Below, piece after piece: positions 9,154 through 19,645 of a stretch of DNA of 64,000 nt. This stretch comes from a virus (lineage: Duplodnaviria; Heunggongvirae; Uroviricota; Caudoviricetes), in the IMG/VR virus record IMGVR_UViG_3300044950_000141, positions 1,670 through 65,669 of that record. One strand, given 5' to 3'. The notes under the pieces are model-generated. The model did no database searches and had not been told where the DNA came from. It worked only from the letters and a program-made list of their open reading frames with translations. Both the position numbers and the translations under genes were made by a program. Within the stretch, counting starts at the first letter, position 1; each line of letters begins with the position of its first letter.

Positions 9154-10029
9154 CTAAAAATCACTATCATCTTCAGCAATCACCTTATCAGATGCTACCA
9201 AATTATCTTCAGAGCTATACTCTTTCAATTCCTTAAATGTAAAGAAGTCTTTACAACCATACTCACCCACTACGTTTAATACAAAACGCTCATGAGGTTT
9301 CAAGTCTTTAGAAGACTTCTGACGTAAGCCACTGATAGTACCAGCTGCATTGTAATCTAACAATCTGAAAGCTTTGATGCTATATGGAGGTAAGAATGCT
9401 TTGTTATATATATTCTGAAACTCCTTTACACCATCATCTGTTTCTTTTGTATTGATAGTAGCCAATGCTACAATGTTTGTAGCCCACTCACCATTGATTT
9501 GTTCTTTAAGTTCTTTAACATTACCCTTAATCAACTTATTGAATTCTAATTGTAATGTAGATTTCTTGCTGCTAAAGTCAATGTTACTTAACCAAGAGCG
9601 TAAGAAATTGTAAAGATCTTCCTCACCTACAAATGATACACGATTCTCTCTTTCTTTGAACCATGTTGGTAAGTTGTTTGGACTGTCAGCCCATGTACAA
9701 CGTCCAATGTTGTTGATGTATTGTTTCTTTGTTTGATCTCTGTTCTCTTTCTCTTTGTTCTCAATGAAGAAAGTTAATTTGAACTTCTCTTTTGATTTAA
9801 CTTCCTCTAACCAGAAGTCTAAACGCAATCTAGCATTACCATCTTTACTAGTACCTAAGTACTCTGTAGCTTTGCTATCTTCTTTTAATTGTCTTCCCAA
9901 TACATCAGCATATTCTTCTGTTGTAGGGTTAACTGCAATTACTCTTGCTTCGAATAAGCCAACCTTCTTGGCAAATTCTTTGTCATCAAATACTGGGCTT
10001 TGTCTTTTTTCTCCTCCAATGTTACTCAT
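9154..10029 (-). CDS. putative single-stranded DNA-binding protein (acidic C-terminal tail)
   Basis: C-terminus ...VIAEDDSDF resembles the SSB acidic tail (DDDIPF). Sits between primase and recombination ATPase. Confidence 0.4.
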   Translation of the reverse strand: MSNIGGEKRQSPVFDDKEFAKKVGLFEARVIAVNPTTEEYADVLGRQLKEDSKATEYLGTSKDGNARLRLDFWLEEVKSKEKFKLTFFIENKEKENRDQTKKQYINNIGRCTWADSPNNLPTWFKERENRVSFVGEEDLYNFLRSWLSNIDFSSKKSTLQLEFNKLIKGNVKELKEQINGEWATNIVALATINTKETDDGVKEFQNIYNKAFLPPYSIKAFRLLDYNAAGTISGLRQKSSKDLKPHERFVLNVVGEYGCKDFFTFKELKEYSSEDNLVASDKVIAEDDSDF

Positions 10030-10051
10030 TTTTTACTGATTTTATTTGTTA

Positions 10052-10723
10052 TTAATTGTAATATTCATCAATTGAATTGACTACTTGTTGTAAGTTGTTA
10101 GGTATTCTGATATCTGCAAACATTCCATCAGGACTCTTTGCTGGATACTTCTTGAATCTGTTAGTTACAAAGTTATATGTGGCTGTGCCATCTTTGCTTT
10201 CTTCTACGTGTGTATATAAACAGATAGTAAGTAAACCTTCTAACACAATTTGGTTATCAATTAACTTACCTGCTGTCTTAATCTTGTATCCTATAATTTC
10301 ACCTGAGTCTTCAATAGTCTCTGGGTGTGTGAAATAGAATACTTTTAAATCATCACGTAAACGTCTTGCTTCTCTGAATAGTTCCACCATATCTTTAGCC
10401 ATAATGGTAAACTTGGTGAATCCTACTTCTGTAGCTCTCGCTAACATATTGAAACCCATAATGTAATTAGAGTCTTCAATAATAATGTTCTTAATGTGTG
10501 GTGCTTTGTCAGAGATAGTCTTTAATAGACGTGTAATCTCGTTAGCATCATCCACTTCTTTGTAGTTTTTAGCCTCAGCGTTATACAACTTCTCTGCTCC
10601 TTTAAAAGGTAATTCCTTTTTAGCAACATTGATGATGTAAGTCTCTTTTGGATCTAAATGTTTTACTGATGTTGACTTGCCAGTGCCTGTAGCACCAACA
10701 ATTCCAATTAATTTGCTTGCCAT
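10052..10723 (-). CDS. P-loop ATPase (Sak4/RecA-like family)
   Basis: Walker A GIVGATGTGKST at N-terminus; ~220 aa size typical of phage Sak4-like ATPases. Confidence 0.6.
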   Translation of the reverse strand: MASKLIGIVGATGTGKSTSVKHLDPKETYIINVAKKELPFKGAEKLYNAEAKNYKEVDDANEITRLLKTISDKAPHIKNIIIEDSNYIMGFNMLARATEVGFTKFTIMAKDMVELFREARRLRDDLKVFYFTHPETIEDSGEIIGYKIKTAGKLIDNQIVLEGLLTICLYTHVEESKDGTATYNFVTNRFKKYPAKSPDGMFADIRIPNNLQQVVNSIDEYYN

Positions 10724-10728
10724 GTTTT

Positions 10729-10944
10729 TTACTGATTTTGTTCTGATAAAGGTACTTCAATTTCTTGAGATTTCAAAATAATTTCCCTAGTTTTTGTTGC
10801 ATCTATATTATTAATTATATCATCATAAATGGCATCTGCAATCACTTTATCTCTACTCCATTTTACTGATGTACCATTGACTCTTACACCATACCAAGCC
10901 TCATCACTAAATGGTTCATATTGTTCAACTAATTCTACTTTCAT
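10729..10944 (-). CDS. hypothetical protein (71 aa)
   Basis: ORF track; ATGA-type overlap with upstream gene. Confidence 0.4.
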   Translation of the reverse strand: MKVELVEQYEPFSDEAWYGVRVNGTSVKWSRDKVIADAIYDDIINNIDATKTREIILKSQEIEVPLSEQNQ

Positions 10945-12035
10945 ATGTATTTAATTTTGTCTTTATCAAAGAATTCTAGTGCTCTTTTGAGCCACTTTCT
11001 CTCCACGTCTTCAACAGAAGATATGATGTATATATAGGCTTTCTTTTCTGGAGTGTTATACTCCATGGCCATACATCTATTAATCTTCTGTGCTAGATTC
11101 TCACCATTACTATCAAAGTAATTAATAATCACCCTATTGAGTGGTTTATATGTAACACCTGTATTACCTATCTTTACGACAGCCAGGTGGTTACCAACAC
11201 CAGATGCAAAGTCATCAAACACTTGCTTGTCTCCTGCTTTGCTATGATAGACAGGAATTCCTAGGTCATCTGCTACCTTTGTGACACCACAGAATACTAG
11301 TACACGCTCATCTTTGTGCTTAACTAATAGCTCTTTTGTCTTATTAAGCTTAGCAAGACTGTTCTGAATGAGTCTCATTCTAGCCAAACGCAAGAACATG
11401 GTTGCTTTACCTTGCTTCTCTAGCTGATCTATCACCCATCCATATGCAGCAAACTGAGTCTTTTCAGTCTTCCACTTACCTTTGTAGTTATTCTGCTGTG
11501 TGTTATCTAATGGTACTCCTACCACTGTGATTTCATAGTCAGAGACAACTCCTTCCTGAATAGCCTGATCTATGGAATAGGTAGCTAAGACAGATAGTCC
11601 TAGCTCTGTTCCTAATGTTTGTTCTGTATGTGATGATAAGGTCCCTGTTAGACCTAACACCTTTGTGCATTGTAGCTCCTTTACAGCCTCCATTTGTGCC
11701 TCAGACAGTAAATGTACCTCATCTAAGATAACAAGGTCATAAAAGGCAGCTGTATGCTTTTTTAGAGACAAATGGGTGGTATAAGTCATATTCCTATTCT
11801 TATACTTCCTAGCCAAGAAATGCTCTTCCCATGCATTCTTAATCTTAAGATCAGGATATGCTATGAGAATGTTGATGTCTTTGTCCAGTTTTTCTAATAT
11901 ATTAATGGACACATTGATCTTACCAAACCTAGGACATAGGTTCAGGATACCAAACTTACCATTGTTCAGCCATACATCAGCAAACTCTGCTTGTCTCTTA
12001 TCTCGTAGCGTAAGGGTGGGCTTGCTTTTTGCCAT
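10941..12035 (-). CDS. superfamily 2 DExH-box helicase
   Basis: Motif II ILDEVHLLSE (DEVH); motif III-like LGLTGT; P-loop-like NLCPRFGKIN region. Confidence 0.65.
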   Translation of the reverse strand: MAKSKPTLTLRDKRQAEFADVWLNNGKFGILNLCPRFGKINVSINILEKLDKDINILIAYPDLKIKNAWEEHFLARKYKNRNMTYTTHLSLKKHTAAFYDLVILDEVHLLSEAQMEAVKELQCTKVLGLTGTLSSHTEQTLGTELGLSVLATYSIDQAIQEGVVSDYEITVVGVPLDNTQQNNYKGKWKTEKTQFAAYGWVIDQLEKQGKATMFLRLARMRLIQNSLAKLNKTKELLVKHKDERVLVFCGVTKVADDLGIPVYHSKAGDKQVFDDFASGVGNHLAVVKIGNTGVTYKPLNRVIINYFDSNGENLAQKINRCMAMEYNTPEKKAYIYIISSVEDVERKWLKRALEFFDKDKIKYI

Positions 12036-12210
12036 AACTTATTATTGTTGTTAATGACCAAAATAGATACTCTACATTTAGAGCTACATATGGATCATGT
12101 TTCTGTATGTTATTCATAACAGATACTGTTGGAAATAATACCACTTGCCACCAATGACTCTTTTCATTGGGCAATGTATTATATGCTTTAAAATTTAACT
12201 TCATTATCAT
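11998..12210 (-). CDS. hypothetical small protein (70 aa), overlaps helicase start
   Basis: ORF track only. Confidence 0.3.
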   Translation of the reverse strand: MIMKLNFKAYNTLPNEKSHWWQVVLFPTVSVMNNIQKHDPYVALNVEYLFWSLTTIISYGKKQAHPYATR

Positions 12211-13268
12211 TTATTTAAAAAGAATGTTTTATTAATAATATCATTATATATACTGTCGTTCATATACTTAACCTTAGGTAGTTCTTTGAACATACCAATC
12301 TGGCCAAGAAAACTTAATCCTATTCTCACATCATCTTCTCCATAACTATTCTTTATTAGTCTCAATGATCTGAAATACTTTGCACCAAACTCATCTCTAA
12401 GTTTGTTTAGGTCATACCCTGAAGGGTCTGCCACTTTATATCTCATGGGATCAAACAATGCTAGGACAACATCAGCATCATTCTGTGTCTGTGAACTCTC
12501 AGCAAAATCTTCTAGCTGTGGTTCTACATCACCATTCTTTAGTCTCATTGGACTAGAAATGTCCCTATTAAACTGACTAACAATTACAGGACTATAGCCA
12601 TACATGTCACGAGCATATCTCAGATCGTCAGACATCTTGTCTATACACTGTTTCTTAGTAGAATAATCTTTTGTAGGTTTTAATAGGCCTATGTGGTCAA
12701 TAACAACAATAGTTATTTCATTCTCATCATTGGGAATGTATTTCTTGTTATATTGATCTACATCTTCTATTACACCATTAGCTAATGCATAGTCTCTTAG
12801 CTGTTTGGCTATACCCACTGGATTCTCTGGTCCATCAATAAGAGTGATTGTTTCTTTCATTTGTCCCATATAATCCTCATACATCAGGAACAGATCATGT
12901 TCATCAGGTGTCATCTTATCTGTCCAACCTAATAGCTTGGATACAGGAATAATTATACCTTGGTCAAGGAATATCTTTCTTGAGACCCATTTAGCATATT
13001 TGTATGTTCTACTACGCTCCATGGATCTGTATATGATCTTTAACTTAAGACCTGGAGTCTTCTGACTGATAAACCAATCAAATGGATTTAAAACATATGC
13101 GTCATCTAAGAAGCTTGTTTTACCTGATCCAGTGAGGCCACCTATCAGTGTGTACATAGACTTTCTGATGCCAATATATCTGTTCAATCTTTCAAAGCCC
13201 ATAGGTATACCATTGTTCCTACCATCTAGGCCTGCTTGAACTTCTCGTTTTAAATCTTCAAAACTCAT
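12207..13268 (-). CDS. DnaB-like / RecA-fold replicative helicase ATPase domain protein
   Basis: Walker A LIGGLTGSGKTSFLDD. Walker B-like ITIVVIDHIGLL (cf. DnaB VIDYLQLM). Confidence 0.6.
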   Translation of the reverse strand: MSFEDLKREVQAGLDGRNNGIPMGFERLNRYIGIRKSMYTLIGGLTGSGKTSFLDDAYVLNPFDWFISQKTPGLKLKIIYRSMERSRTYKYAKWVSRKIFLDQGIIIPVSKLLGWTDKMTPDEHDLFLMYEDYMGQMKETITLIDGPENPVGIAKQLRDYALANGVIEDVDQYNKKYIPNDENEITIVVIDHIGLLKPTKDYSTKKQCIDKMSDDLRYARDMYGYSPVIVSQFNRDISSPMRLKNGDVEPQLEDFAESSQTQNDADVVLALFDPMRYKVADPSGYDLNKLRDEFGAKYFRSLRLIKNSYGEDDVRIGLSFLGQIGMFKELPKVKYMNDSIYNDIINKTFFLNK

Positions 13269-13453
13269 AGCTTTTCTATTTCATTTTTTACATCTTGCCA
13301 ATATATTTTTTCTAATTCATAATCATAACTTCCAATTATGACATTCATTATCTCATCTATTGCTATTAATGCACATTCTTTAGCTTGATAATAATTATTT
13401 GTTACCTCAAAATATTTATCAAATAATTCTTCTGCTTTTTCTTTTGGTGTCAT
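13265..13453 (-). CDS. small hypothetical protein, paralog of 13450..13689
   Basis: Both start MTPKEKA and share a QxKxCALIA(I/V)DE(I/L) core; tandem duplicates. Confidence 0.5.
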   Translation of the reverse strand: MTPKEKAEELFDKYFEVTNNYYQAKECALIAIDEIMNVIIGSYDYELEKIYWQDVKNEIEKL

Positions 13454-13689
13454 AATGCTTCTATCTCTTGTTTTACTTCAGCCCAATAGTCTTTCATTCC
13501 ATATTTTGCACCACTATATTTTTCAATATTTCTTATTGAGGCATCATATATTGAATTAAAACTTTCAATTAATTCATCTACTGCTATTAACGCACATTGT
13601 TTAGAATTATTCCATGCATTATTTTCAAGGTAATGCTGCAATTCCATAAACTTTTGATTTAAGTCCCATGCTTTTTCTTTTGGTGTCAT
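13450..13689 (-). CDS. small hypothetical protein, paralog of 13265..13453
   Basis: See paralog; ATGA overlaps. Confidence 0.5.
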   Translation of the reverse strand: MTPKEKAWDLNQKFMELQHYLENNAWNNSKQCALIAVDELIESFNSIYDASIRNIEKYSGAKYGMKDYWAEVKQEIEAL

Positions 13690-14312
13690 ATGTCCATTCC
13701 TTTAATTGGTTCAGCAGATTCTTTGATAGTCTTACCCTCTCTTATCAACTCAATGAATGGTTCAAATGACCTCTGGTTGAGATAGGTGAGACTGTTCTGC
13801 ATAAATGTAAGTCTATTGACTTTTGTCTTAATTGAATTCTCTTTCTTCTGCAGTATTTCGTATTCTAATGCAGCTATGAGCTCTGTAGGTTTGTACTCGC
13901 CTTCTTCAACAATGCTGTTGAATTTGACTTTACACTCATCTTTCTTTACACGCATACCACGTGTACCTGTAAATGATTGACTCTTATATGTGAAGGTGTC
14001 AGTACCTGGGTACATCATCCACCACTTATCAAAGTCTGAATCTGTTTTCTTCTTCTTAACTATCTTAGGTTGCTCTATCTTCTCATTAAGAAAAGACAAA
14101 ACTTCATTACCTATGATAGTTATCTTATTTGACTCTGACAATAGACCTTTTCTGCGTACAGTTTGATAGAGCATTTTCATCTTACTATCATCTGTACACA
14201 TTTCGTCTACATCATTGCCTTCTTGAACAAGTGTTATGAAGCATAACATGTCTAAGCTGTAGCCAGCTTTAGTCAGCTCCTTAAAATGGGAGAACGTTAG
14301 CGTGAGGTTCAT
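13686..14312 (-). CDS. hypothetical protein (208 aa)
   Basis: ORF track; operon. Confidence 0.5.
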   Translation of the reverse strand: MNLTLTFSHFKELTKAGYSLDMLCFITLVQEGNDVDEMCTDDSKMKMLYQTVRRKGLLSESNKITIIGNEVLSFLNEKIEQPKIVKKKKTDSDFDKWWMMYPGTDTFTYKSQSFTGTRGMRVKKDECKVKFNSIVEEGEYKPTELIAALEYEILQKKENSIKTKVNRLTFMQNSLTYLNQRSFEPFIELIREGKTIKESAEPIKGMDI

Positions 14313-14499
14313 TATGTTTCTCTAGGATTTTGTCTGTGTCTATTACTTCAATACGAGCAGGTTGCTTCTGATTTAATTCTCTCTGAATTGCTTCGTTCCA
14401 CTCCTGTCCCTGTTCATGCAAATATATGAAATCCTTGAGATATTCTCTCTCCCAATCCTCAATTATTTTTAGGTTTTTCATCTTTTTTATATTGTTCAT
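14281..14499 (-). CDS. hypothetical protein (72 aa)
   Basis: ORF track. Confidence 0.4.
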   Translation of the reverse strand: MNNIKKMKNLKIIEDWEREYLKDFIYLHEQGQEWNEAIQRELNQKQPARIEVIDTDKILEKHNEPHANVLPF

Positions 14500-14779
14500 T
14501 GTTCCAAAAATAAGAACAACTTAATGTTGCAACACCAAGATTTGCTTGATGTTCATCAAACATAAAATTTAATTTATATGGAGGGTCTGAGAAATAACTT
14601 TGTCCTATCTCTTCAGGTTTTACTGTATATCTGTGGCAGTTCAGTCTTAATAGACAACTACCACCTTGGCAACATGAAATGTCTGGCATAATGTTTAATT
14701 TTATTTGTTTTGGATATGTTATCGCATATATACAGATATATACGTATATTATTCTGCTGCATAACCAAAGAATATCCAC
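14459..14779 (-). CDS. hypothetical Cys-rich small protein (106 aa)
   Basis: ORF track; CCQGGSCLLRLNCH motif; overlaps neighbours. Confidence 0.3.
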   Translation of the reverse strand: MDILWLCSRIIYVYICIYAITYPKQIKLNIMPDISCCQGGSCLLRLNCHRYTVKPEEIGQSYFSDPPYKLNFMFDEHQANLGVATLSCSYFWNNEQYKKDEKPKNN

Positions 14780-15309
14780 TCACCATCTCTTTCATTAGTG
14801 GCTTTCTTGTATGTTATTTTAGCTACTGTCTTATTAGCTTTATCAAGAACCTTCTCCATTGTTATATATGTAGACTCTTGTGTCTTTTCTGTATGTACTC
14901 TTGCTTTGGTAACAGCTTCACCTTTAGTGAGATATGCACCAATAAATGTATCATAATTAGCAAATACAAAATACTTAAGTATCCACTTCTTGGTACCAGG
15001 TGTTACAATGTGCTCCACTTGTGACTTAGTCTTGTTCTTATTACCAACAGGTTGTCTAACACATATAGCTGAACAATCACGTTTATTCATAGCATGACTA
15101 TCAAATCTGTCACGTATGTAAGTAGATACATCATTAAACTTACTTTTATTATATGCTTCTGTTTCATCTCTAAATCCATGAGTAGTACTGATTGTACCAT
15201 TATAGCCATCTTGATGACCATATTCATTTTCAGCTATTTCACAAATTCTTTTATATGCTTCATCTGCTGTTTTACCACTACTTCTTTCTTTAAATTGACA
15301 TGCTCCCAT
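14749..15309 (-). CDS. hypothetical protein (186 aa)
   Basis: ORF track. Confidence 0.5.
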   Translation of the reverse strand: MGACQFKERSSGKTADEAYKRICEIAENEYGHQDGYNGTISTTHGFRDETEAYNKSKFNDVSTYIRDRFDSHAMNKRDCSAICVRQPVGNKNKTKSQVEHIVTPGTKKWILKYFVFANYDTFIGAYLTKGEAVTKARVHTEKTQESTYITMEKVLDKANKTVAKITYKKATNERDGEWIFFGYAAE

Positions 15310-15320
15310 AATTGTGTGTT

Positions 15321-15575
15321 TTAATCTTTAATACGTAATCCAAATTCTAAATCAAACCATTGAAAGTTTGCTTCAGCCCTTGCTTTGTTTATTTTAAATA
15401 CCTTTTTCATTAATGGTATAGCGTATGCTTTGAACTCCTCATGTTGTTCTTGAGTCATAGTCCATTTGCTGTACCACTCTTTTGTCATATATGCTTCTTG
15501 CATAGACTTACCAACCATACCTAATTGATAATCAACTAGATGATTTCCTATATTTTCTCTATTTATCTTTGCCAT
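15321..15575 (-). CDS. hypothetical protein (84 aa)
   Basis: ORF track. Confidence 0.45.
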   Translation of the reverse strand: MAKINRENIGNHLVDYQLGMVGKSMQEAYMTKEWYSKWTMTQEQHEEFKAYAIPLMKKVFKINKARAEANFQWFDLEFGLRIKD

Positions 15576-15763
15576 TAGAATGTGTCTATAAGTTTAATAA
15601 TTTCATCGTAGTCATACGTATCTCCTTCTTGTTGTGCTTTCATTAATAGCTTTGCAGCCACTTTACCACATTTCTTAGCTACATCTATACCTGTATATGG
15701 ATCTTGTCCTATAATTGGTAGGAATTCCAATACTAATTCTGCTGCTTTATGTTTATTGTCCAT
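15575..15763 (-). CDS. hypothetical protein (62 aa)
   Basis: ORF track; abuts polymerase gene. Confidence 0.4.
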   Translation of the reverse strand: MDNKHKAAELVLEFLPIIGQDPYTGIDVAKKCGKVAAKLLMKAQQEGDTYDYDEIIKLIDTF

Positions 15764-17715
15764 TAGAATAAATTTAATTGATTTGGGTTAATAATAATTT
15801 TACGTTTTCTACCTTCATACTGTATTTTGTGCATGATTCTCTCAGCACGTTCTATATAATATGCATGATTGATGTTATCCAAAGGATGATCTGGTAATAG
15901 ATGATTACATACTTTCATCACCCATTCACCTGCTTCAACTTGTGATACATCAACAGCTGTGCTATCTGAATTCTCATTCTTAACCTTCAATAACTTCTCA
16001 CCTGTATTACTTACATAATATCTGATAAGTTTATTGTAGACTGTTCTGTTTTCTTTCGAGTGGCCTTCGTAGTGAAAGTCTTTACTAGCTTTCTGCCTGA
16101 GACAATAGTCATAAATATTTGTGTGATTACAAATAGTGGTAGCCACAGGCACATCATTAACAAAAAACTGCTCCAGTGCAATAGGTACAATCCTAGCACT
16201 CTTATTTTTGTGTAACTCAAAGTCAGTAAGGAAATCTCCTTTCTTTTTAATTTCTCCATTGGTTTTAATTGCTAAATAGTCATTTACTGTAGAGAATATA
16301 ATCTTTTGATAATCAGTGCGTTCAAGCTCATAGCTAGTTATATTCATCCACCACTTGTTTATCTCATGCATCTTATCTATTAGTGATTTATTAACCATAA
16401 TAGTTACACCATCTGTATTTGCAGATATAACATGTATACCAGCTAATTCATATGCTTCGATGAGCATAAGAAGACTCAATTCACCTGTAATAGTTGTGAA
16501 CATAGTTAGTTGTCTATCATAGATCCAAGACTGCATGTCACTACTTTTACCATACACAGAGTTAACTGCAAGCTTAAGAGCACCAACAATACCTGCTATC
16601 TTCTTATCCTTTTTAGCCATTGGTTTAAGTTCCAACCTTTTTTCAAACATTGCTTTATATCCAAGTAAGAATTCCTTACCCAGGTGACCAGGATATCTGC
16701 CATTGCTAATAATAATAGCAGGATAATAGCTAGACACATCCCAATCAATAATCTCATGATCCTCATCACATTCAAAAACCTTTGGTTTATTCTCTGTATG
16801 AAGACCTCCCTTTGCAAACGTGTAGGTATTTTCATAAAACACTAATGATTCTTTGAATTCATCCTTCATTGTTAAACGCTCCTTACTAACCTTCTTTAAG
16901 AATGCTTGTAGCTCTGGTGTCTGGAATGATATGTAATCAGCAATACAATCTCTCACCTTTACCTCTGTTCTAAACAATCCTTTCTTTGGTAAATCAGAGT
17001 ATTGTATACCTTTCTCCTGACAGTAGTATTTCTTAATCATCTCATCACCTATCTTACTATCTGAATAGTTTAAGCATGGTATGCCAAACTCTTCGTATAT
17101 ATCTTGTCTAAGCTCTATCTGATTGTTACCCTTGTATAGTGGATGGTTAGTGTTACCTGTTGTTACCTTATAGAATTCATACGTAGCCATAACATCATTA
17201 CGACAGTAGTCTATTGTTATAGATATATCATCCTGAGTCATGTTCTCTTTAGTATGATGGATGGGCATCTCTTCAATGTTCTCCAGATCCATCTCAAACT
17301 CTAACCTTTTTAGTGAGACCATTCTATTCTTGTTATCATAATGATTAATCTTGAATAGGTCTAACTGTTTTAGTGATAACCATTCCTCTCTATATTCAGG
17401 GAATACATCATAATTAGCATCATGTATTGTGTCTGCAGCCTTCTGTGCTACGATAGCACATATCTCTAGCCCACTCAACTCATGCCAATTCTCATAGTTT
17501 CTAATTATATGCTCAACAACCTGACTATCAAAGCGTAAGTTATTGTAGCCCACCCAATAATGCTCATCGTGTTGTTCAGTGAATCTCATGAATCCATCTA
17601 ATTGATTGGTCCACCTACTCACTTGAAACTCGTATGTTACATCACTCTCTGGATTGTATATAACAATAAGAAACAGTTCTTTCAGTGTTTCAATATCATA
17701 GATGAGTACGTTCAT
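15763..17715 (-). CDS. family B DNA polymerase (3'-5' exonuclease + polymerase domains), compact 650 aa
   Basis: Exo I YDIETL. Motif A DWDVSSYYPA (DxxSLYPS). Motif B KLAVNSVYGK (KxxxNSxYG). Motif C ISANTDGV (DTD-type). Confidence 0.8.
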   Translation of the reverse strand: MNVLIYDIETLKELFLIVIYNPESDVTYEFQVSRWTNQLDGFMRFTEQHDEHYWVGYNNLRFDSQVVEHIIRNYENWHELSGLEICAIVAQKAADTIHDANYDVFPEYREEWLSLKQLDLFKINHYDNKNRMVSLKRLEFEMDLENIEEMPIHHTKENMTQDDISITIDYCRNDVMATYEFYKVTTGNTNHPLYKGNNQIELRQDIYEEFGIPCLNYSDSKIGDEMIKKYYCQEKGIQYSDLPKKGLFRTEVKVRDCIADYISFQTPELQAFLKKVSKERLTMKDEFKESLVFYENTYTFAKGGLHTENKPKVFECDEDHEIIDWDVSSYYPAIIISNGRYPGHLGKEFLLGYKAMFEKRLELKPMAKKDKKIAGIVGALKLAVNSVYGKSSDMQSWIYDRQLTMFTTITGELSLLMLIEAYELAGIHVISANTDGVTIMVNKSLIDKMHEINKWWMNITSYELERTDYQKIIFSTVNDYLAIKTNGEIKKKGDFLTDFELHKNKSARIVPIALEQFFVNDVPVATTICNHTNIYDYCLRQKASKDFHYEGHSKENRTVYNKLIRYYVSNTGEKLLKVKNENSDSTAVDVSQVEAGEWVMKVCNHLLPDHPLDNINHAYYIERAERIMHKIQYEGRKRKIIINPNQLNLF

Positions 17716-17838
17716 ATAATTCTATTAATTGTTCAACTTTTAAATACACAGTGGGAAATTGTGCTGGTTTGTACCATTTATCATCTTTATACCTAACATA
17801 ATTGTTTTCTGTTATCCATTCTAATAAACTTAACATAA

Positions 17839-18072
17839 TTAAAATGTTATTTGTGGTGTAACAAAACTGAATTTTATAGGCTCACCTAATTCATAAATTT
17901 TAATCTTATCCTTAGCATCTAAATATGTATCAGGATTTTCATTGAAATCATTAATTATGTCCTTTTTTGTACCTACTACCCATGCTTCTGTATTTTCATA
18001 CATTACAACATATTGTTTTTGTTTAGCTGTTGATAGTTCTTTAACTAAGTGAGCTGGTGTTTTCTTTCTCAT
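17839..18072 (-). CDS. hypothetical protein (77 aa)
   Basis: ORF track. Confidence 0.4.
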   Translation of the reverse strand: MRKKTPAHLVKELSTAKQKQYVVMYENTEAWVVGTKKDIINDFNENPDTYLDAKDKIKIYELGEPIKFSFVTPQITF

Positions 18073-18249
18073 ATGTTATTTGTTTTGGTTATTTACATAT
18101 TCTTTTATTTCTTGTGCGGACATTGGTGGCTTACCTTCTAATTCTTTTGATAACAAATAGTTATTTTCACTTATTTCATCCAAATCAGTTCTTTCAATTT
18201 CTTCAAATGTTTTAACAATTGGGAATAATAAATCAAATAGTTTCATAGT

Positions 18250-18498
18250 TTATTTGTTTTGGTTATAGGTTTGGTTGTAGTATTTTTCTGCTTCTATATC
18301 TGTTGCACCACCAATATAATTACAAGATTTCGCTGCATTTATTATTTGCTCCTTTTCTTTTTCAAGTAAATGATTAGATATATAAATAGCTAAATCTATT
18401 CCTTGTTTAAACATTCTATCTTCTATATGGTCGTCTTTGGTAATAAAATTTGATTCTATTTTAAGTTTATCAATTAACTCTTGCATTGCTGTTTTCAT
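18250..18498 (-). CDS. hypothetical protein (82 aa)
   Basis: ORF track. Confidence 0.4.
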   Translation of the reverse strand: MKTAMQELIDKLKIESNFITKDDHIEDRMFKQGIDLAIYISNHLLEKEKEQIINAAKSCNYIGGATDIEAEKYYNQTYNQNK

Positions 18499-18707
18499 GC
18501 TGCTTTGTTTTTATCTTTATGTATACCATACTTCTTCAACCTAAATTCTAATGCAGATTGTTTATTATTAAGTTTGTCTCTTGTTTTATCAGTAAGGTTT
18601 AACTTACTAGTTTCTATTTCAAAATCAAACTTATCATCATATGATAATGTATCTCTATGTTTTTTAATAGCTATCATTATGTCTATTTCTGATATATATG
18701 TCTCCAT
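18495..18707 (-). CDS. hypothetical protein (70 aa)
   Basis: ORF track; ATGA overlap. Confidence 0.4.
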   Translation of the reverse strand: METYISEIDIMIAIKKHRDTLSYDDKFDFEIETSKLNLTDKTRDKLNNKQSALEFRLKKYGIHKDKNKAA

Positions 18708-18818
18708 TATTTATATGTTTTAATGTATGCTTTGATGCACCATTTGATCATGTCCCAAATGTAATACCTCTGTTTTGATTTAGGAAGCTTATGTAAGCTC
18801 TCATAATAACTAAAATAT

Positions 18819-19325
18819 TCATTCATAATTGTTTACAATTTCTTTGATAAAATCTTTTGTCTGTTGGTCAGTCATATTGTTCTTCATATAGTTAATAGAT
18901 GTAGAAACAAACTGTACATTACCTTTAATGTATCCTTTAGATGAATCAATTCTATCTAATGAAGCAAGATATCTGTGATCGTTGTTTCTTTGTTTACGTT
19001 TAGCTACATATAATTTAACTCTAGTATATGGACATGTACCTTTTTGTTTATTCCAAAGTTTAGATAAATATTCAGTATCTATATTCACTTCTAAATTTGC
19101 TTTTTCTCTTTTTCTTAAATTTGCTGTATGAACATAACTATGAAAAGGTATTGCTGGTTTTCTATTACCTAAGCCAGTAGGACCAAAGTTAGGAATAGAT
19201 ACTTGCCCTACACATTTTGTAGAACAACATACTCTCCAACCTTTTCTTATTCCATTATCATACTGACTTTTTTCTCTTTGAAATGTAATACTACAATTAG
19301 AACAAACTATATCTATTTTTGCCAT
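18819..19325 (-). CDS. HNH homing-endonuclease-like protein (Zn-ribbon N-term + HNH_3-type motif)
   Basis: N-terminal CSNCS...CCSTKC; C-terminal LDRIDSSKGYIKGNVQFVSTSINYMKNN matches the HNH_3 consensus (D..IDs.kgY..gNvq.v....N..K.N). Confidence 0.6.
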   Translation of the reverse strand: MAKIDIVCSNCSITFQREKSQYDNGIRKGWRVCCSTKCVGQVSIPNFGPTGLGNRKPAIPFHSYVHTANLRKREKANLEVNIDTEYLSKLWNKQKGTCPYTRVKLYVAKRKQRNNDHRYLASLDRIDSSKGYIKGNVQFVSTSINYMKNNMTDQQTKDFIKEIVNNYE

Positions 19326-19366
19326 AATGTGTAATTTAATGCACTAAATTAGAAATATATTATTTT

Positions 19367-19645
19367 TTAGCCCTTTTTTACTGCTTTTGCAGGCTTTTTA
19401 GGCACTGTATTGCTCTTTTTAGAACTATATTTCTCTCTATTGAATTGTAATTCATGAGCAGCAATAGCTGTAGCAACAGCTAATATTTGTTGTACATCTT
19501 TTCCATCTTTATTTTCATCAAGAATAAGTGTTGCAAATGCTGCAGATATAATATTCTTATCACCTGAGCAATTTACATCTAATTCACCATTACAGATACT
19601 CATAAAGAAATACCCATCAATCTTTGTTTTTTTACTTGTTGCCAT
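19367..19645 (-). CDS. small basic-tailed protein (possible DNA-binding), 92 aa
   Basis: Lys-rich C-terminus KKSNTVPKKPAKAVKKG. Confidence 0.45.
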   Translation of the reverse strand: MATSKKTKIDGYFFMSICNGELDVNCSGDKNIISAAFATLILDENKDGKDVQQILAVATAIAAHELQFNREKYSSKKSNTVPKKPAKAVKKG

